DNA from: a virus
Taxonomy: Duplodnaviria > Heunggongvirae > Uroviricota > Caudoviricetes
IMG/VR virus record: IMGVR_UViG_2703718769_000014
Direction: 5' to 3' (one strand)
DNA: 22,196 nt
Part shown: piece after piece, positions 7,459 to 16,372 of the stretch
Numbering within the stretch: the first letter of the stretch is position 1
How the letters are laid out: each line of letters opens with the position of its first letter
Notes under the pieces: generated by a model
Seen by the model: only the letters and a program-made list of their open reading frames with translations
Told to the model about the DNA's origin: nothing
The model's database searches: none
Program-made: the position numbers and the translations under genes

Positions 7459-8019
7459 ATGAAGAAGATAATATTATTAGCCATGATTATTGGTTCTTTA
7501 ACAGGTTGCGCTAGTGTGCCACCATTGAATTTTTCAACACCTAACGTGGGAGTTAGCCAGAAAAAAATAGATGCTGAAATTAAGTCATTAACGGTATCAC
7601 TTGCTCGTCCAGATGAGCAGAAAGGGGATATCACTGCTGGTATGGAGGCTATAACTCCAATTTGGCGTGAATCTTTGCAGGAAGCACTCGACCGAATGAC
7701 TATTTTTCGTGATAGTTCACCAAATACGGTTAGCTTAAATGTTAAAGTGTTGGCTCTTGACGTTCCTGCTTTTGGTGTTTCAATGACAACTAAAGCAATT
7801 GCAAGGTATGAAATAATCAACCGTGCGAATGGTGATATTATATATACGCAGGATATTGAGTCTACCGGTACTGTTCCAGCCAGTTACGCATTCTACGGTA
7901 TTGTTCGAGCACGCGAATCTGTTAATCGCGCGGTGCAAAACAACATAACGCAGTTCTTGCAAGCATTAGAAAGTGTTGATCTTTCTCGTCCAATGTTTCC
8001 TGTTAGGGTAGCTAAATGA
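7459..8019 (+). CDS. Outer-membrane lipoprotein, 186 aa, unknown function
   Basis: Signal peptide with lipobox LTGC (Cys17, +2 residue Ala); Shine-Dalgarno-like AAGG upstream; stop overlaps the start of the next gene (ATGA at 8016-8019). Confidence 0.75.
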   Translation: MKKIILLAMIIGSLTGCASVPPLNFSTPNVGVSQKKIDAEIKSLTVSLARPDEQKGDITAGMEAITPIWRESLQEALDRMTIFRDSSPNTVSLNVKVLALDVPAFGVSMTTKAIARYEIINRANGDIIYTQDIESTGTVPASYAFYGIVRARESVNRAVQNNITQFLQALESVDLSRPMFPVRVAK

Positions 8020-8468
8020 AGCGATTATTCGTAATTGCTCCACTCTTAGTGTTGGTTGGATGCGCACAAAATATATCGCCAAATAGTTATTCTGTTGGCT
8101 CTGTGGGCATGGTTAATCGAACTATCGCTGGTACAGTTATTAGTGCTAGGGGGGTTGATATCAGTGGGACTTCCGCGTTAGGCGGGACTGCTGGGGCTGC
8201 CGTGGGGGCAACCGCTGGTTCTGCGCTTGGTGGGGGAGTTCGTTCTAATATCGTTGGTGCCGTTGGTGGTGCAGTCATTGGTGGTATTGCCGGGGCAGCA
8301 ATCGAATCTTCAGCAACAAAACAAACAGGCATGGAATATGTTGTCGAAACTGAGAATGGGAATTTAATGACCATTGTTCAAGGCAAAGATCCGTTATTTA
8401 CTCAAGGAAGTAAGGTCCTTGTTTTATACGGAAACCCTTCTCGCATAATAACAGACCCGCGTCACTAA
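8016..8468 (+). CDS. SlyB-like glycine-zipper outer-membrane lipoprotein, 150 aa
   Basis: Lipobox LVGC; long GxxxG zipper (GGTAGAAVGATAGSALGGG...GAVGGAVIGGIAGAAIE); C-terminal segment MEYVVETENGNLMTIVQGKD...VLVLYGNPSRI resembles the recalled SlyB C-terminus (ELEIRKDDGNTIMVVQKQG...VVLASNGSQV). Confidence 0.75.
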   Translation: MKRLFVIAPLLVLVGCAQNISPNSYSVGSVGMVNRTIAGTVISARGVDISGTSALGGTAGAAVGATAGSALGGGVRSNIVGAVGGAVIGGIAGAAIESSATKQTGMEYVVETENGNLMTIVQGKDPLFTQGSKVLVLYGNPSRIITDPRH

Positions 8469-8560
8469 CATACCTTTTGATTTTGTAAAATCAATTCGTA
8501 ATAATAAAGTCATCGGAGCTTGAACAACTCCGGTGACTTCTGCGCTAAACGGGGACGTTT

Positions 8561-8662
8561 ATGCGCACATACAATCCAAACTCTCTTCTCCCTTCACAGA
8601 TGCAGAAATGCACCTGCGATTTTTTGCATCCAGCGTCTGACCTCTGCGGAGGTGAAGCGTGA
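8561..8662 (+). CDS. Small ORF, 33 aa, ylcH-like by position and size
   Basis: ATG at 8561; stop overlaps the GTG start of the ybcN-like gene (GTGA); translation [33 protein letters not shown]. Confidence 0.4.
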   Translation: MRTYNPNSLLPSQMQKCTCDFLHPASDLCGGEA

Positions 8663-9114
8663 ACCTACCACAAGATGGCATCAAACTGCATCGCGGTAAC
8701 TTCACCGCTATCGGCCAGCAGATCCAGCCTTATCTGGAGGACGGAAAATGCTTTCGCATGGTGCTTAAACCGTGGCGTGAGAAACGCAGTCTTTCCCAGA
8801 ATGCACTCAGCCACATGTGGTACAGCGAAATCAGTGAATACCTCATCAGCAGGGGGAAATCGTTCGCTACCGCAGCATGGGTAAAAGATGCTCTCAAACA
8901 CACATACCTCGGTTATGAAACCAAGGACCTGGTTGATGTCGTAACCGGCGAAATCACTACTATCCAGTCGTTACGCCATACCTCCGATCTTGATACCGGA
9001 GAGATGTATATCTTCCTGTGTAAGGTTGAAGCCTGGGCGGTGAATATTGGCTGCCACCTGACTATTCCGCAGAGCTGCGAGTTCCAGCAGCTCCGCGACA
9101 AACAGGAGGCGTAA
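8659..9114 (+). CDS. ybcN: NinB/YbcN-family protein, 151 aa
   Basis: GTG-start ORF of 151 aa; [19 protein letters not shown] motif resembles the NinB family; same position upstream of ninE/ybcO/rusA as ybcN in K-12 DLP12. Confidence 0.8.
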   Translation: MNLPQDGIKLHRGNFTAIGQQIQPYLEDGKCFRMVLKPWREKRSLSQNALSHMWYSEISEYLISRGKSFATAAWVKDALKHTYLGYETKDLVDVVTGEITTIQSLRHTSDLDTGEMYIFLCKVEAWAVNIGCHLTIPQSCEFQQLRDKQEA

Positions 9115-9284
9115 TGGCTACACCGCTTATTCGTGTCATGAACGGACACATCTACAGAGTACCAAATCGTCGTAAGCGTAAACCGGAGCTGAAGCCTTCC
9201 GAAATACCAACACTGCTCGGATATACCGCCAGCCTGGTTGATAAAAAATGGTTGCGACTGGCAGCAAGGAGGAGTCATGGCTGA
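9114..9284 (+). CDS. ninE: NinE-family small protein, 56 aa (below the ORF-track cutoff)
   Basis: ATG overlaps the ybcN stop (TAATG); translation [56 protein letters not shown]; stop overlaps the ybcO start. Confidence 0.7.
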   Translation: MATPLIRVMNGHIYRVPNRRKRKPELKPSEIPTLLGYTASLVDKKWLRLAARRSHG

Positions 9285-9567
9285 TTTGAGAAAAGCAGCG
9301 CGTGGTCGGGAATGCCAGGTAAGAATCCCTGGCGTATGTAATGGCAACCCTGAAACGTCTGTACTGGCACATATCCGGCTGACTGGATTGTGCGGCACCG
9401 GTACGAAACCGCCAGACCTGATTGCCACCATTGCATGTTCTGCCTGCCACGACGAAATCGACCGCCGCACACATTTTGTCGATGCTGCATATGCAAAAGA
9501 ATGCGCGCTGGAAGGTATGGCGAGAACACAGGTTATCTGGCTGAAAGAGGGGGTTATTAAGGCGTGA
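9277..9567 (+). CDS. ybcO: YbcO-family (DUF1364) Cys-rich putative nuclease, 96 aa
   Basis: Start [23 protein letters not shown]... at 9277 (the ORF track extends it upstream); Cys/His-rich; coupled to rusA. Confidence 0.82.
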   Translation: MADLRKAARGRECQVRIPGVCNGNPETSVLAHIRLTGLCGTGTKPPDLIATIACSACHDEIDRRTHFVDAAYAKECALEGMARTQVIWLKEGVIKA

Positions 9568-9926
9568 ATACCTACAGCATCACATTACCCTGGCCTCCGA
9601 GCAATAATCGCTATTACCGCCATAATCGCGGGCGCACACACATCAGCGCAGAAGGGCAGGCATACCGCGATAACGTCACCCGAATCATTAAAAACGCAAT
9701 GCTGGATATCGGCCTGGCTATGCCAGTGAAAATCCGTATTGAGTGCCACATGCCGGATCGCCGTCGCCGTGACCTGGATAATCTGCAAAAAGCCGCTTTT
9801 GACGCACTCACCAAAGCAGGTTTCTGGCTGGATGATGCTCAGGTCGTTGATTACCGCGTTGTGAAGATGCCTGTTACCAAAGGTGGGAGGCTGGAACTGA
9901 CCATCACCGAAATGGGGAATGAATGA
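9564..9926 (+). CDS. rusA: RusA Holliday-junction resolvase
   Basis: 120-aa [29 protein letters not shown]...[31 protein letters not shown] matching recalled DLP12 RusA. Confidence 0.93.
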   Translation: MNTYSITLPWPPSNNRYYRHNRGRTHISAEGQAYRDNVTRIIKNAMLDIGLAMPVKIRIECHMPDRRRRDLDNLQKAAFDALTKAGFWLDDAQVVDYRVVKMPVTKGGRLELTITEMGNE

Positions 9927-10063
9927 TGTTTGAGTTTAATATGGCAGAACTTCTTCGCCACCGCTGGATGCGCCTGCGCTTATATCGTTTCCCCAGTTCT
10001 GTTTTGACCGATTACCGAATACTGAGGAATTACGCCAAAACCCTGACAGGAGCAGGAGTATGA
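9923..10063 (+). CDS. ylcG: Small ORF, 46 aa, ylcG-like
   Basis: ATG overlapping the rusA stop (ATGA); translation [46 protein letters not shown]. Confidence 0.55.
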   Translation: MMFEFNMAELLRHRWMRLRLYRFPSSVLTDYRILRNYAKTLTGAGV

Positions 10064-10148
10064 AGTCAGAGATAACAATCAACTAATACTGTTTTATTGA
10101 TTTTTGCTTGTAATTGGCGTTCTGGTCTGATTTTTGTGGAGTAAGTTG

Positions 10149-10532
10149 ATGCGTGATATTCAGATGGTTCTTGAGCGTTGGGGAGCGTGGGCGGCTAATA
10201 ATCATGAAGATGTGACCTGGTCGTCCATTGCCGCCGGTTTTAAGGGATTAATTACTTCAAAAGTAAAATCTCGCCCGCAATGTTGTGACGATGACGCGAT
10301 GATCATTTGCGGGTGCATGGCCCGTCTGAAAAAGAACAACAGCGATTTGCACGATTTATTAGTAGATTATTATGTAGTCGGTATGACATTCATGTCACTG
10401 GCAGGTAAGCATTGCTGCTCTGATGGTTATATCGGGAAAAGGTTACAGAAGGCTGAGGGTATAATTGAAGGGATGTTAATGGCATTAGATATCCGGTTAG
10501 AGATGGATATCGTTGTTAATAACTCTAATTAA
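10149..10532 (+). CDS. quuD: Late-gene antiterminator Q (QuuD-type)
   Basis: 127-aa product from the ATG at 10149 (the track starts at an upstream TTG); Cys-rich zinc-finger region [16 protein letters not shown]; sits at the end of the nin block. Confidence 0.85.
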   Translation: MRDIQMVLERWGAWAANNHEDVTWSSIAAGFKGLITSKVKSRPQCCDDDAMIICGCMARLKKNNSDLHDLLVDYYVVGMTFMSLAGKHCCSDGYIGKRLQKAEGIIEGMLMALDIRLEMDIVVNNSN

Positions 10533-10565
10533 TATGCCAATTGTTTACTAAAAATTATTAAAAAT

Positions 10566-10583
10566 GGGGCGTTGAGACGCCCC
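10566..10583 (-). terminator. Hairpin GGGGCG-TTGAGA-CGCCCC with a T-run on the minus strand; likely terminator for the convergent porin transcript
   Basis: Inverted repeat seen directly; on the minus strand it is followed by ATTTTTAATAATTTTT. Confidence 0.5.
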
Positions 10584-10671
10584 CAAAAATAAAGGGTAAT
10601 ATATAACAGAAGGTTTATATAGTTAGAAGCAAGGTTGTGCTCCTAAAGGAAGTGGCTTGAGGGAGCCACTT

Positions 10672-10710
10672 ATATGTTGGGGAGGCAAAGCCTCCCGCAA
10701 CATATCTTTT
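10672..10710 (+). terminator. Long stem-loop (about 15-bp stem, AAA loop) followed by CTTTT, between the convergent Q and porin genes
   Basis: ATATGTTGGGGAGGC-AAA-GCCTCCCGCAACATAT then CTTTT; a second hairpin AGTGGCT-TGAGGG-AGCCACT lies just upstream (10651-10670). Confidence 0.5.
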
Positions 10711-10720
10711 AGTAATCAAA

Positions 10721-11803
10721 TTAGAACTGGTAAACCATACCTACAGCAACGATATCATCGGTAGCAACGCCAGATGCTTTCGTGAAATCGCTCTTATCAA
10801 TCAGGTTGATTTTGTAATCAACAAAAGTGGACATATTTTTGTTGAAGTAATAGGTTGCACCTACATCAATATATTCAACCAGGTCCTGATCACCCCACGC
10901 ACCCAAGTCTTTTCCTTTAGATTGCAGGTAAGCAACGGACGGACGCAGACCGAAGTCGAACTGATATTGTGCAACTACTTCGAAGTTTTGTGCTTTGTTG
11001 GCAATATGGTTATTACCAAAAACAGTCATGTTCTGGGTTTCAGAATAGGTGGTAGCCAGATAGATGTTGTTCGCATCATATTTCAGACCAGCTGCCCATA
11101 CTTCAGCATTTTGACCAGATGCATTCAGGCTGTTGTTACCGTAGATAACCTGATTATTAGTGCGGTCAGATTTAGCATAGGTTGCACCTACACCGAATCC
11201 TTCATACTCATAAGTAGTGGAGAAACCGAAACCATCACCATTAGCTTCAGTTACGTCAGTGCGGTCATTTTTACCCTGATACTGAGCAGCAAAGTTCAGA
11301 CCATCAACCAGACCAAAGAAGTCATTGTTACGATAAGTTGCAACACCTGTGGTGCGACCAGTCATGAATACATCTGTTTGGGTCCAGGTATCGCCACCGA
11401 ATTCTGGCAGAACGTCGGTCCATGCACCAATATCGTATGCTACACCGTAGTTACGGCCATAATCGATGGAGCCGTAGTCACCGAATTTCAGGCCAGCGAA
11501 GGCAAGACGGGTTTTATCTTTGGAGGAACCTTGAGATTCAGCGCGGTTGCCTTTGAATTCATATTCCCACTGACCGAAACCAGTCAGTTGATCGTTGATT
11601 TGGGTTTCACCTTTGAAGCCAAGACGGGCATAAGTAGTATCACCATCATCTGCATCATTAGAGGAGAAGTAGTGCTTAGCATTAACTTTCCCGTACAGAT
11701 CCAGCTTGTTACTGTCTTTATTATAAATTTCAGCTGCCTGAGCAGACATCGCCATCAGTACTGATGCAGCTACAGCAGAAATTGCCACTGTTAATTTTTT
11801 CAT
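10721..11803 (-). CDS. nmpC: NmpC/OmpD-type general porin (OmpC/OmpF superfamily), prophage-encoded
   Basis: Signal peptide [40 protein letters not shown]-terminus, PEFGGD loop motif, C-terminal VGMVYQF beta-signal. The track ORF begins 20 codons upstream of the true start. Confidence 0.9.
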   Translation of the reverse strand: MKKLTVAISAVAASVLMAMSAQAAEIYNKDSNKLDLYGKVNAKHYFSSNDADDGDTTYARLGFKGETQINDQLTGFGQWEYEFKGNRAESQGSSKDKTRLAFAGLKFGDYGSIDYGRNYGVAYDIGAWTDVLPEFGGDTWTQTDVFMTGRTTGVATYRNNDFFGLVDGLNFAAQYQGKNDRTDVTEANGDGFGFSTTYEYEGFGVGATYAKSDRTNNQVIYGNNSLNASGQNAEVWAAGLKYDANNIYLATTYSETQNMTVFGNNHIANKAQNFEVVAQYQFDFGLRPSVAYLQSKGKDLGAWGDQDLVEYIDVGATYYFNKNMSTFVDYKINLIDKSDFTKASGVATDDIVAVGMVYQF

Positions 11804-12228
11804 CGTGAGCCCTTTTTTTGAACTATTATTAAAAAATGATGTCACTGCGCGATAAATATTCATCTAATCAATGTGATTATTTCAAGATGTAAGTTTTGGT
11901 TTCTCATTTGATTTGTGAAGTAGATCTCTATTTTTATCTGAACTTTTTCTATCGAATCCTATTCATGGCTCTTGGCTGAATAAAAATAAATCTATTAGCC
12001 AATTTATATTAATGGCTGTTATTTATAAGCGCTCTATAATTTGAAGATTCAATTTAAACCAGCTAAAAATAACGCTGGAAATTATTTGTTGGTTATTTGT
12101 TGAGATTTGCTTATGTATTTGTAGTGGTGTTTTCAATACTCGGTAGCATTCTCGCAAATATCATTTAGTGGTTTACGTACGTAAAAAATTGGTTATGCTG
12201 TTAAGAGTGGTTACTTCGTCACACAGCT

Positions 12229-12262
12229 TAAACCCGCCGTCGAGCGGGTTTTTCCATTTTTT
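12229..12262 (+). terminator. Rho-independent terminator (tR'-like) upstream of the lysis cassette
   Basis: AACCCGC-CGTCGA-GCGGGTT followed by TTTTCCATTTTTT, about 130 nt upstream of the holin start. Confidence 0.7.
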
Positions 12263-12390
12263 GAGTCTCGATATTAGCTGATAACCCAATACCTGAGTTA
12301 TTCACTGACTCCGAGTCTGTTACGTTTCTGCTTTTTTGCGATACGTTGTATTCCCTCAATTTACACCCGCTTTGTCTGCGAGGTGGGGTT

Positions 12391-12606
12391 ATGAAATCCA
12401 TGGATAAGTTAACAACGGGTGTCGCCTATGGCACCTCAGCAGGTAGTGCCGGTTACTGGTTTTTACAGCTGCTCGATAAAGTCACGCCCTCACAGTGGGC
12501 AGCAATAGGTGTGCTGGGTAGCCTGGTATTTGGCCTGCTGACGTACCTGACAAACCTTTATTTCAAGATTAAAGAAGATAAGCGCAAGGCTGCGAGAGGT
12601 GAATAA
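12391..12606 (+). CDS. essD: Phage-21-type class II holin (pinholin S21), dual-start motif MKSM
   Basis: 71-aa product [26 protein letters not shown]... with two transmembrane segments and a charged C-terminus; the track ORF is extended upstream. Confidence 0.9.
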
Positions 12607-13103
12607 TGCCTCCATCATTACGAAAAGCCGTTGCTGCTGCTATTGGTGGCGGAGCAATTGCTATAGCATCAGTGTTAATTACTGGCCCAAGTGGTAACGA
12701 TGGTCTGGAAGGTGTCAGCTACGTACCATACAAAGATATCGTTGGCGTATGGACTGTATGTCACGGACACACCGGAAAAGACATCATGCTCGGTAAAACG
12801 TATACCAAAGCAGAATGCAAAGCACTCTTGAATAAAGACCTTGCCACTGTCGCCAGACAAATTAACCCGTACATCAAAGTCGATATACCGGAAACAACGC
12901 GCGGCGCTCTTTACTCATTCGTTTACAACGTGGGTGCTGGCAATTTCAGAACATCGACGCTTCTTCGCAAAATAAACCAGGGCGATATCAAAGGCGCATG
13001 TGATCAGCTACGTCGCTGGACATATGCTGGCGGTAAGCAATGGAAAGGTCTCATGACTCGTCGTGAGATTGAGCGTGAAATCTGTTTGTGGGGTCAGCAA
13101 TGA
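12606..13103 (+). CDS. rrrD: SAR endolysin (signal-anchor-release lysozyme, R21 type)
   Basis: 165-aa ORF with N-terminal SAR domain [27 protein letters not shown] followed by a lysozyme-like domain; start overlaps the holin stop (TAATG). Confidence 0.92.
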   Translation: MPPSLRKAVAAAIGGGAIAIASVLITGPSGNDGLEGVSYVPYKDIVGVWTVCHGHTGKDIMLGKTYTKAECKALLNKDLATVARQINPYIKVDIPETTRGALYSFVYNVGAGNFRTSTLLRKINQGDIKGACDQLRRWTYAGGKQWKGLMTRREIEREICLWGQQ

Positions 13104-13561
13104 ACAGAGTAACCGCGATTATCTCCGCTCTGGTTATCTGCATCATCGTCTACCTGTCATGGGCTGTTAATCATTACCGTGATAACGCCATTACCTACAA
13201 AGCCCAGCGCGACAAAAATGCCAGAGAACTGAAGCTGGCGAACGCGGCAATTACTGACATGCAGATGCGTCAGCGTGATGTTGCTGCGCTCGATGCAAAA
13301 TACACGAAGGAGTTAGCTGATGCGAAAGCTGAAAATGATGCTCTGCGTGATGATGTTGCCGCTGGTCGTCGTCGGTTGCACATCAAAGCAGTCTGTCAGT
13401 CAGTGCGTGAAGCCACCACCGCCTCCGGCGTGGATAATGCAGCCTCCCCCCGACTGGCAGACACCGCTGAACGGGATTATTTCACCCTCAGAGAGAGGCT
13501 GATCACTATGCAAAAACAACTGGAAGGAACCCAGAAGTATATTAATGAGCAGTGCAGATAG
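13100..13561 (+). CDS. Rz: Rz inner-membrane spanin
   Basis: Start [29 protein letters not shown] overlapping the endolysin stop; N-terminal transmembrane segment and coiled-coil periplasmic domain; matches recalled lambda Rz. Confidence 0.88.
   Translation: MNRVTAIISALVICIIVYLSWAVNHYRDNAITYKAQRDKNARELKLANAAITDMQMRQRDVAALDAKYTKELADAKAENDALRDDVAAGRRRLHIKAVCQSVREATTASGVDNAASPRLADTAERDYFTLRERLITMQKQLEGTQKYINEQCR
13320..13502 (+). CDS. Rz1: Rz1 outer-membrane lipoprotein spanin, embedded in the +1 frame of Rz
   Basis: Lipobox VVVGC and proline-rich mature part ([21 protein letters not shown]) entirely inside Rz. Confidence 0.8.
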   Translation: MRKLKMMLCVMMLPLVVVGCTSKQSVSQCVKPPPPPAWIMQPPPDWQTPLNGIISPSERG

Positions 13562-13592
13562 AGTTGCCCATATCGATGGGCAACTCATGCAA

Positions 13593-13886
13593 TTATTGTG
13601 AGCAATACACACGCGCTTCCAGCGGAGTATAAATGCCTAAAGTAATAAAACCGAGCAATCCATTTACGAATGTTTGCTGGGTTTCTGTTTTAACAACATT
13701 TTCTGCGCCGCCACAAATTTTGGCTGCATCGACAGTTTTCTTCTGCCCAATTCCAGAAACGAAGAAATGATGGGTGATGGTTTCCTTTGGTGCTACTGCT
13801 GCCGGTTTGTTTTGAACAGTAAACGTCTGTTGAGCACATCCTGTAATAAGCAGGGCCAGCGCAGTAGCGAGTAGCATTTTTTTCAT
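13593..13886 (-). CDS. bor: Bor lipoprotein (serum-resistance lipoprotein of lambda)
   Basis: 97-aa ORF MKKMLLATALALLITGCAQQTFTVQNKPAAVAPKETITHHFFVSGIGQKKTVD... matching recalled lambda Bor; lipobox ITGC. Confidence 0.92.
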   Translation of the reverse strand: MKKMLLATALALLITGCAQQTFTVQNKPAAVAPKETITHHFFVSGIGQKKTVDAAKICGGAENVVKTETQQTFVNGLLGFITLGIYTPLEARVYCSQ

Positions 13887-14176
13887 GGTGTTATTCCCGA
13901 TGCTTTTTGAAGTTCGCAGAATCGTATGTGTAGAAAATTAAACAAACCCTAAACAATGAGTTGAAATTTCATATTGTTAATATTTATTAATGTATGTCAG
14001 GTGCGATGAATCGTCATTGTATTCCCGGATTAACTATGTCCACAGCCCTGACGGGGAACTTCTCTGCGGGAGTGTCCGGGAATAATTAAAAACGATGCAC
14101 ACAGGGTTTAGCGCGTACACGTATTGCATTATGCCAACGCCCCGGTGCTGACACGGAAGAAACCGGACGTTATGAT

Positions 14177-14710
14177 TTAGCGTGGAAAGATTTGTGTAGT
14201 GTTCTGAATGCTCTCAGTAAATAGTAATGAATTATCAAAGGTATAGTAATATCTTTTATGTTCATGGATATTTGTAACCCATCGGAAAACTCCTGCTTTA
14301 GCAAGATTTTCCCTGTATTGCTGAAATGTGATTTCTCTTGATTTCAACCTATCATAGGACGTTTCTATAAGATGCGTGTTTCTTGAGAATTTAACATTTA
14401 CAACCTTTTTAAGTCCTTTTATTAACACGGTGTTATCGTTTTCTAACACGATGTGAATATTATCTGTGGCTAGATAGTAAATATAATGTGAGACGTTGTG
14501 ACGTTTTAGTTCAGAATAAAACAATTCACAGTTTAAATCTTTTCGCACTTGATCGAATATTTCTTTAAAAATGGCAACCTGAGCCATTGGTAAAACCTTC
14601 CATGTGATACGAGGGCGCGTAGTTTGCATTATCGTTTTTATCGTTTCAATCTGGTCTGACCTCTTTGTGTTTTGTTGATGATTTATGTCAAATATTAGGA
14701 ATGTTTTCAC
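14177..14710 (-). CDS. Hypothetical protein of the lambda right arm downstream of bor, 177 aa
   Basis: ORF present at the corresponding position of the lambda right arm as I recall it; AT-rich; no family recognised. Confidence 0.55.
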   Translation of the reverse strand: MKTFLIFDINHQQNTKRSDQIETIKTIMQTTRPRITWKVLPMAQVAIFKEIFDQVRKDLNCELFYSELKRHNVSHYIYYLATDNIHIVLENDNTVLIKGLKKVVNVKFSRNTHLIETSYDRLKSREITFQQYRENLAKAGVFRWVTNIHEHKRYYYTFDNSLLFTESIQNTTQIFPR

Positions 14711-14872
14711 TTAATAGTATTGGTTGCGTAACAAAGTGCGGTCCTGCTGGCATTCTGGAGGGAAATACAACCGACAGATGTATGTAAGGCCAACGTGCTC
14801 AAATCTTCATACAGAAAGATTTGAAGTAATATTTTAACCGCTAGATGAAGAGCAAGCGCATGGAGCGACAAA

Positions 14873-15079
14873 ATGAATAAAGAACAATCTGCTGATGATC
14901 CCTCCGTGGATCTGATTCGTGTAAAAAATATGCTTAATAGCACCATTTCTATGAGTTACCCTGATGTTGTAATTGCATGTATAGAACATAAGGTGTCTCT
15001 GGAAGCATTCAGAGCAATTGAGGCAGCGTTGGTGAAGCACGATAATAATATGAAGGATTATTCCCTGGTGGTTGACTGA
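14873..15079 (+). CDS. Small hypothetical protein, 68 aa (YbcW-like by size and position)
   Basis: 68-aa ORF with Shine-Dalgarno GGAG upstream; present at the same place in the lambda right arm and DLP12. Confidence 0.5.
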
Positions 15080-15243
15080 TCACCATAACTGCTAATCATT
15101 CAAACTATTTAGCCTGTGACAGAGCCAACACGCAGTCTGTCACTGTCAGGAAAGTGGTAAAACTGCAACTCAATTACTGCAATGCCCTCGTAATTAAGTG
15201 AATTTACAATATCGTCCTGTTCGGAGGGAAGAACGCGGGATGT

Positions 15244-15438
15244 TCATTCTTCATCACTTTTAATTGATGTATATGCTCTCTTTTCTGACGTTAGTCTCCG
15301 ACGGCAGGCTTCAATGACCCAGGCTGAGAAATTCCCGGACCCTTTTTGCTCAAGAGCGATGTTAATTTGTTCAATCATTTGGTTAGGAAAGCGGATGTTG
15401 CGGGTTGTTGTTCTGCGGGTTCTGTTCTTCGTTGACAT
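15244..15438 (-). CDS. Small basic DNA-binding-like protein, 64 aa (YlcI-like)
   Basis: N-terminal Arg/Thr-rich segment MSTKNRTRRTTTRNIRFPNQMIEQINIAL suggests a ribbon-helix-helix fold; size matches the DLP12 small ORF upstream of cos. Confidence 0.55.
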   Translation of the reverse strand: MSTKNRTRRTTTRNIRFPNQMIEQINIALEQKGSGNFSAWVIEACRRRLTSEKRAYTSIKSDEE

Positions 15439-15599
15439 GAGGTTGCCCCGTATTCAGTGTCGCTGATTTGTATTGTCTGAAGTTGTTTTTACGTTAAGTT
15501 GATGCAGATCAATTAATACGATACCTGCGTCATAATTGATTATTTGACGTGGTTTGATGGCGTAGATGCACGTTGTGACATGTAGATGATAATTATTAT

Positions 15600-15830
15600 C
15601 ATTTTGCGGGTCCTTTCCGGCGATCCGACAGGTTACGGGGCGGCGACCTCGCGGGTTTTCGCTATTTATGAAAATTTTCCGGTTTAAGGCGTTTCCGTTC
15701 TTCTTCGTCATAACTTAATGTTTTTATTTAAAATACCCTCTGAAAAGAAAGGAAGCGACAGGTGCTGAAAGCGAGCTTTTTGGCCTCTGTCGTTTCCTTT
15801 CTCTGTTTTTGTCCGTGGAATGAACAATGG
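15600..15830. other. cos site: cosQ, cosN (12-nt cohesive end GGGCGGCGACCT at 15638-15649), cosB
   Basis: Sequence ...CGGGTCCTTTCCGGCGATCCGACAGGTTACGGGGCGGCGACCTCGCGGGTTTTCGCTATTTATGAAAATTTTCCGG... matches the recalled lambda genome ends and runs directly into nu1. Confidence 0.9.
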
Positions 15831-16372
15831 AAGTCAACAAAAAGCAGCTGGCTGACATTTTCGGTGCGAGTATCCGTACCATTCAGAACTGGCAGGAACA
15901 GGGAATGCCCGTTCTGCGAGGCGGTGGCAAGGGTAATGAGGTGCTTTATGACTCTGCCGCCGTCATAAAATGGTATGCCGAAAGGGATGCTGAAATTGAG
16001 AACGAAAAGCTGCGCCGGGAGGTTGAAGAACTGCGGCAGGCCAGCGAGGCAGATCTCCAGCCAGGGACTATTGAGTACGAACGCCATCGACTTACGCGTG
16101 CGCAGGCCGACGCACAGGAACTGAAGAATGCCAGAGACTCCGCTGAAGTGGTGGAAACCGCATTCTGTACTTTCGTGTTGTCGCGGATCGCAGGTGAAAT
16201 TGCCAGTATTCTCGACGGGATCCCCCTGTCGGTGCAGCGGCGTTTTCCGGAACTGGAAAACCGACATGTTGATTTCCTGAAACGGGATATCATCAAAGCC
16301 ATGAACAAAGCAGCCGCGCTGGATGAACTGATACCGGGGTTGCTGAGTGAATATATCGAACAGTCAGGTTAA
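15827..16372 (+). CDS. nu1: Terminase small subunit Nu1
   Basis: 181-aa ORF MEVNKKQLADIFGASIRTIQNWQEQGMPVLRGGGKGNEVLYDSAAVIKWYAERD... matching recalled lambda Nu1. Confidence 0.95.
   Translation: MEVNKKQLADIFGASIRTIQNWQEQGMPVLRGGGKGNEVLYDSAAVIKWYAERDAEIENEKLRREVEELRQASEADLQPGTIEYERHRLTRAQADAQELKNARDSAEVVETAFCTFVLSRIAGEIASILDGIPLSVQRRFPELENRHVDFLKRDIIKAMNKAAALDELIPGLLSEYIEQSG

Noticed and set aside
8087-8374. 95-aa Pro/Ala-rich minus-strand ORF
   Set aside because: Reverse-complement reading of the Gly/Ala-rich glycine-zipper segment of the SlyB-like lipoprotein gene; an artefact of the GC-rich repeat.
10922-11764. 280-aa plus-strand ORF
   Set aside because: Lies entirely antisense to the well-supported porin gene; low-complexity Ile/Val/Thr-rich translation typical of the reverse frame of a beta-barrel gene.
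15454-16267. Minus-strand ORFs of 85 and 179 aa spanning cos and the nu1 region
   Set aside because: They run through cosN/cosB and antisense to nu1, a region that is non-coding on this strand in lambda; taken as chance open frames.
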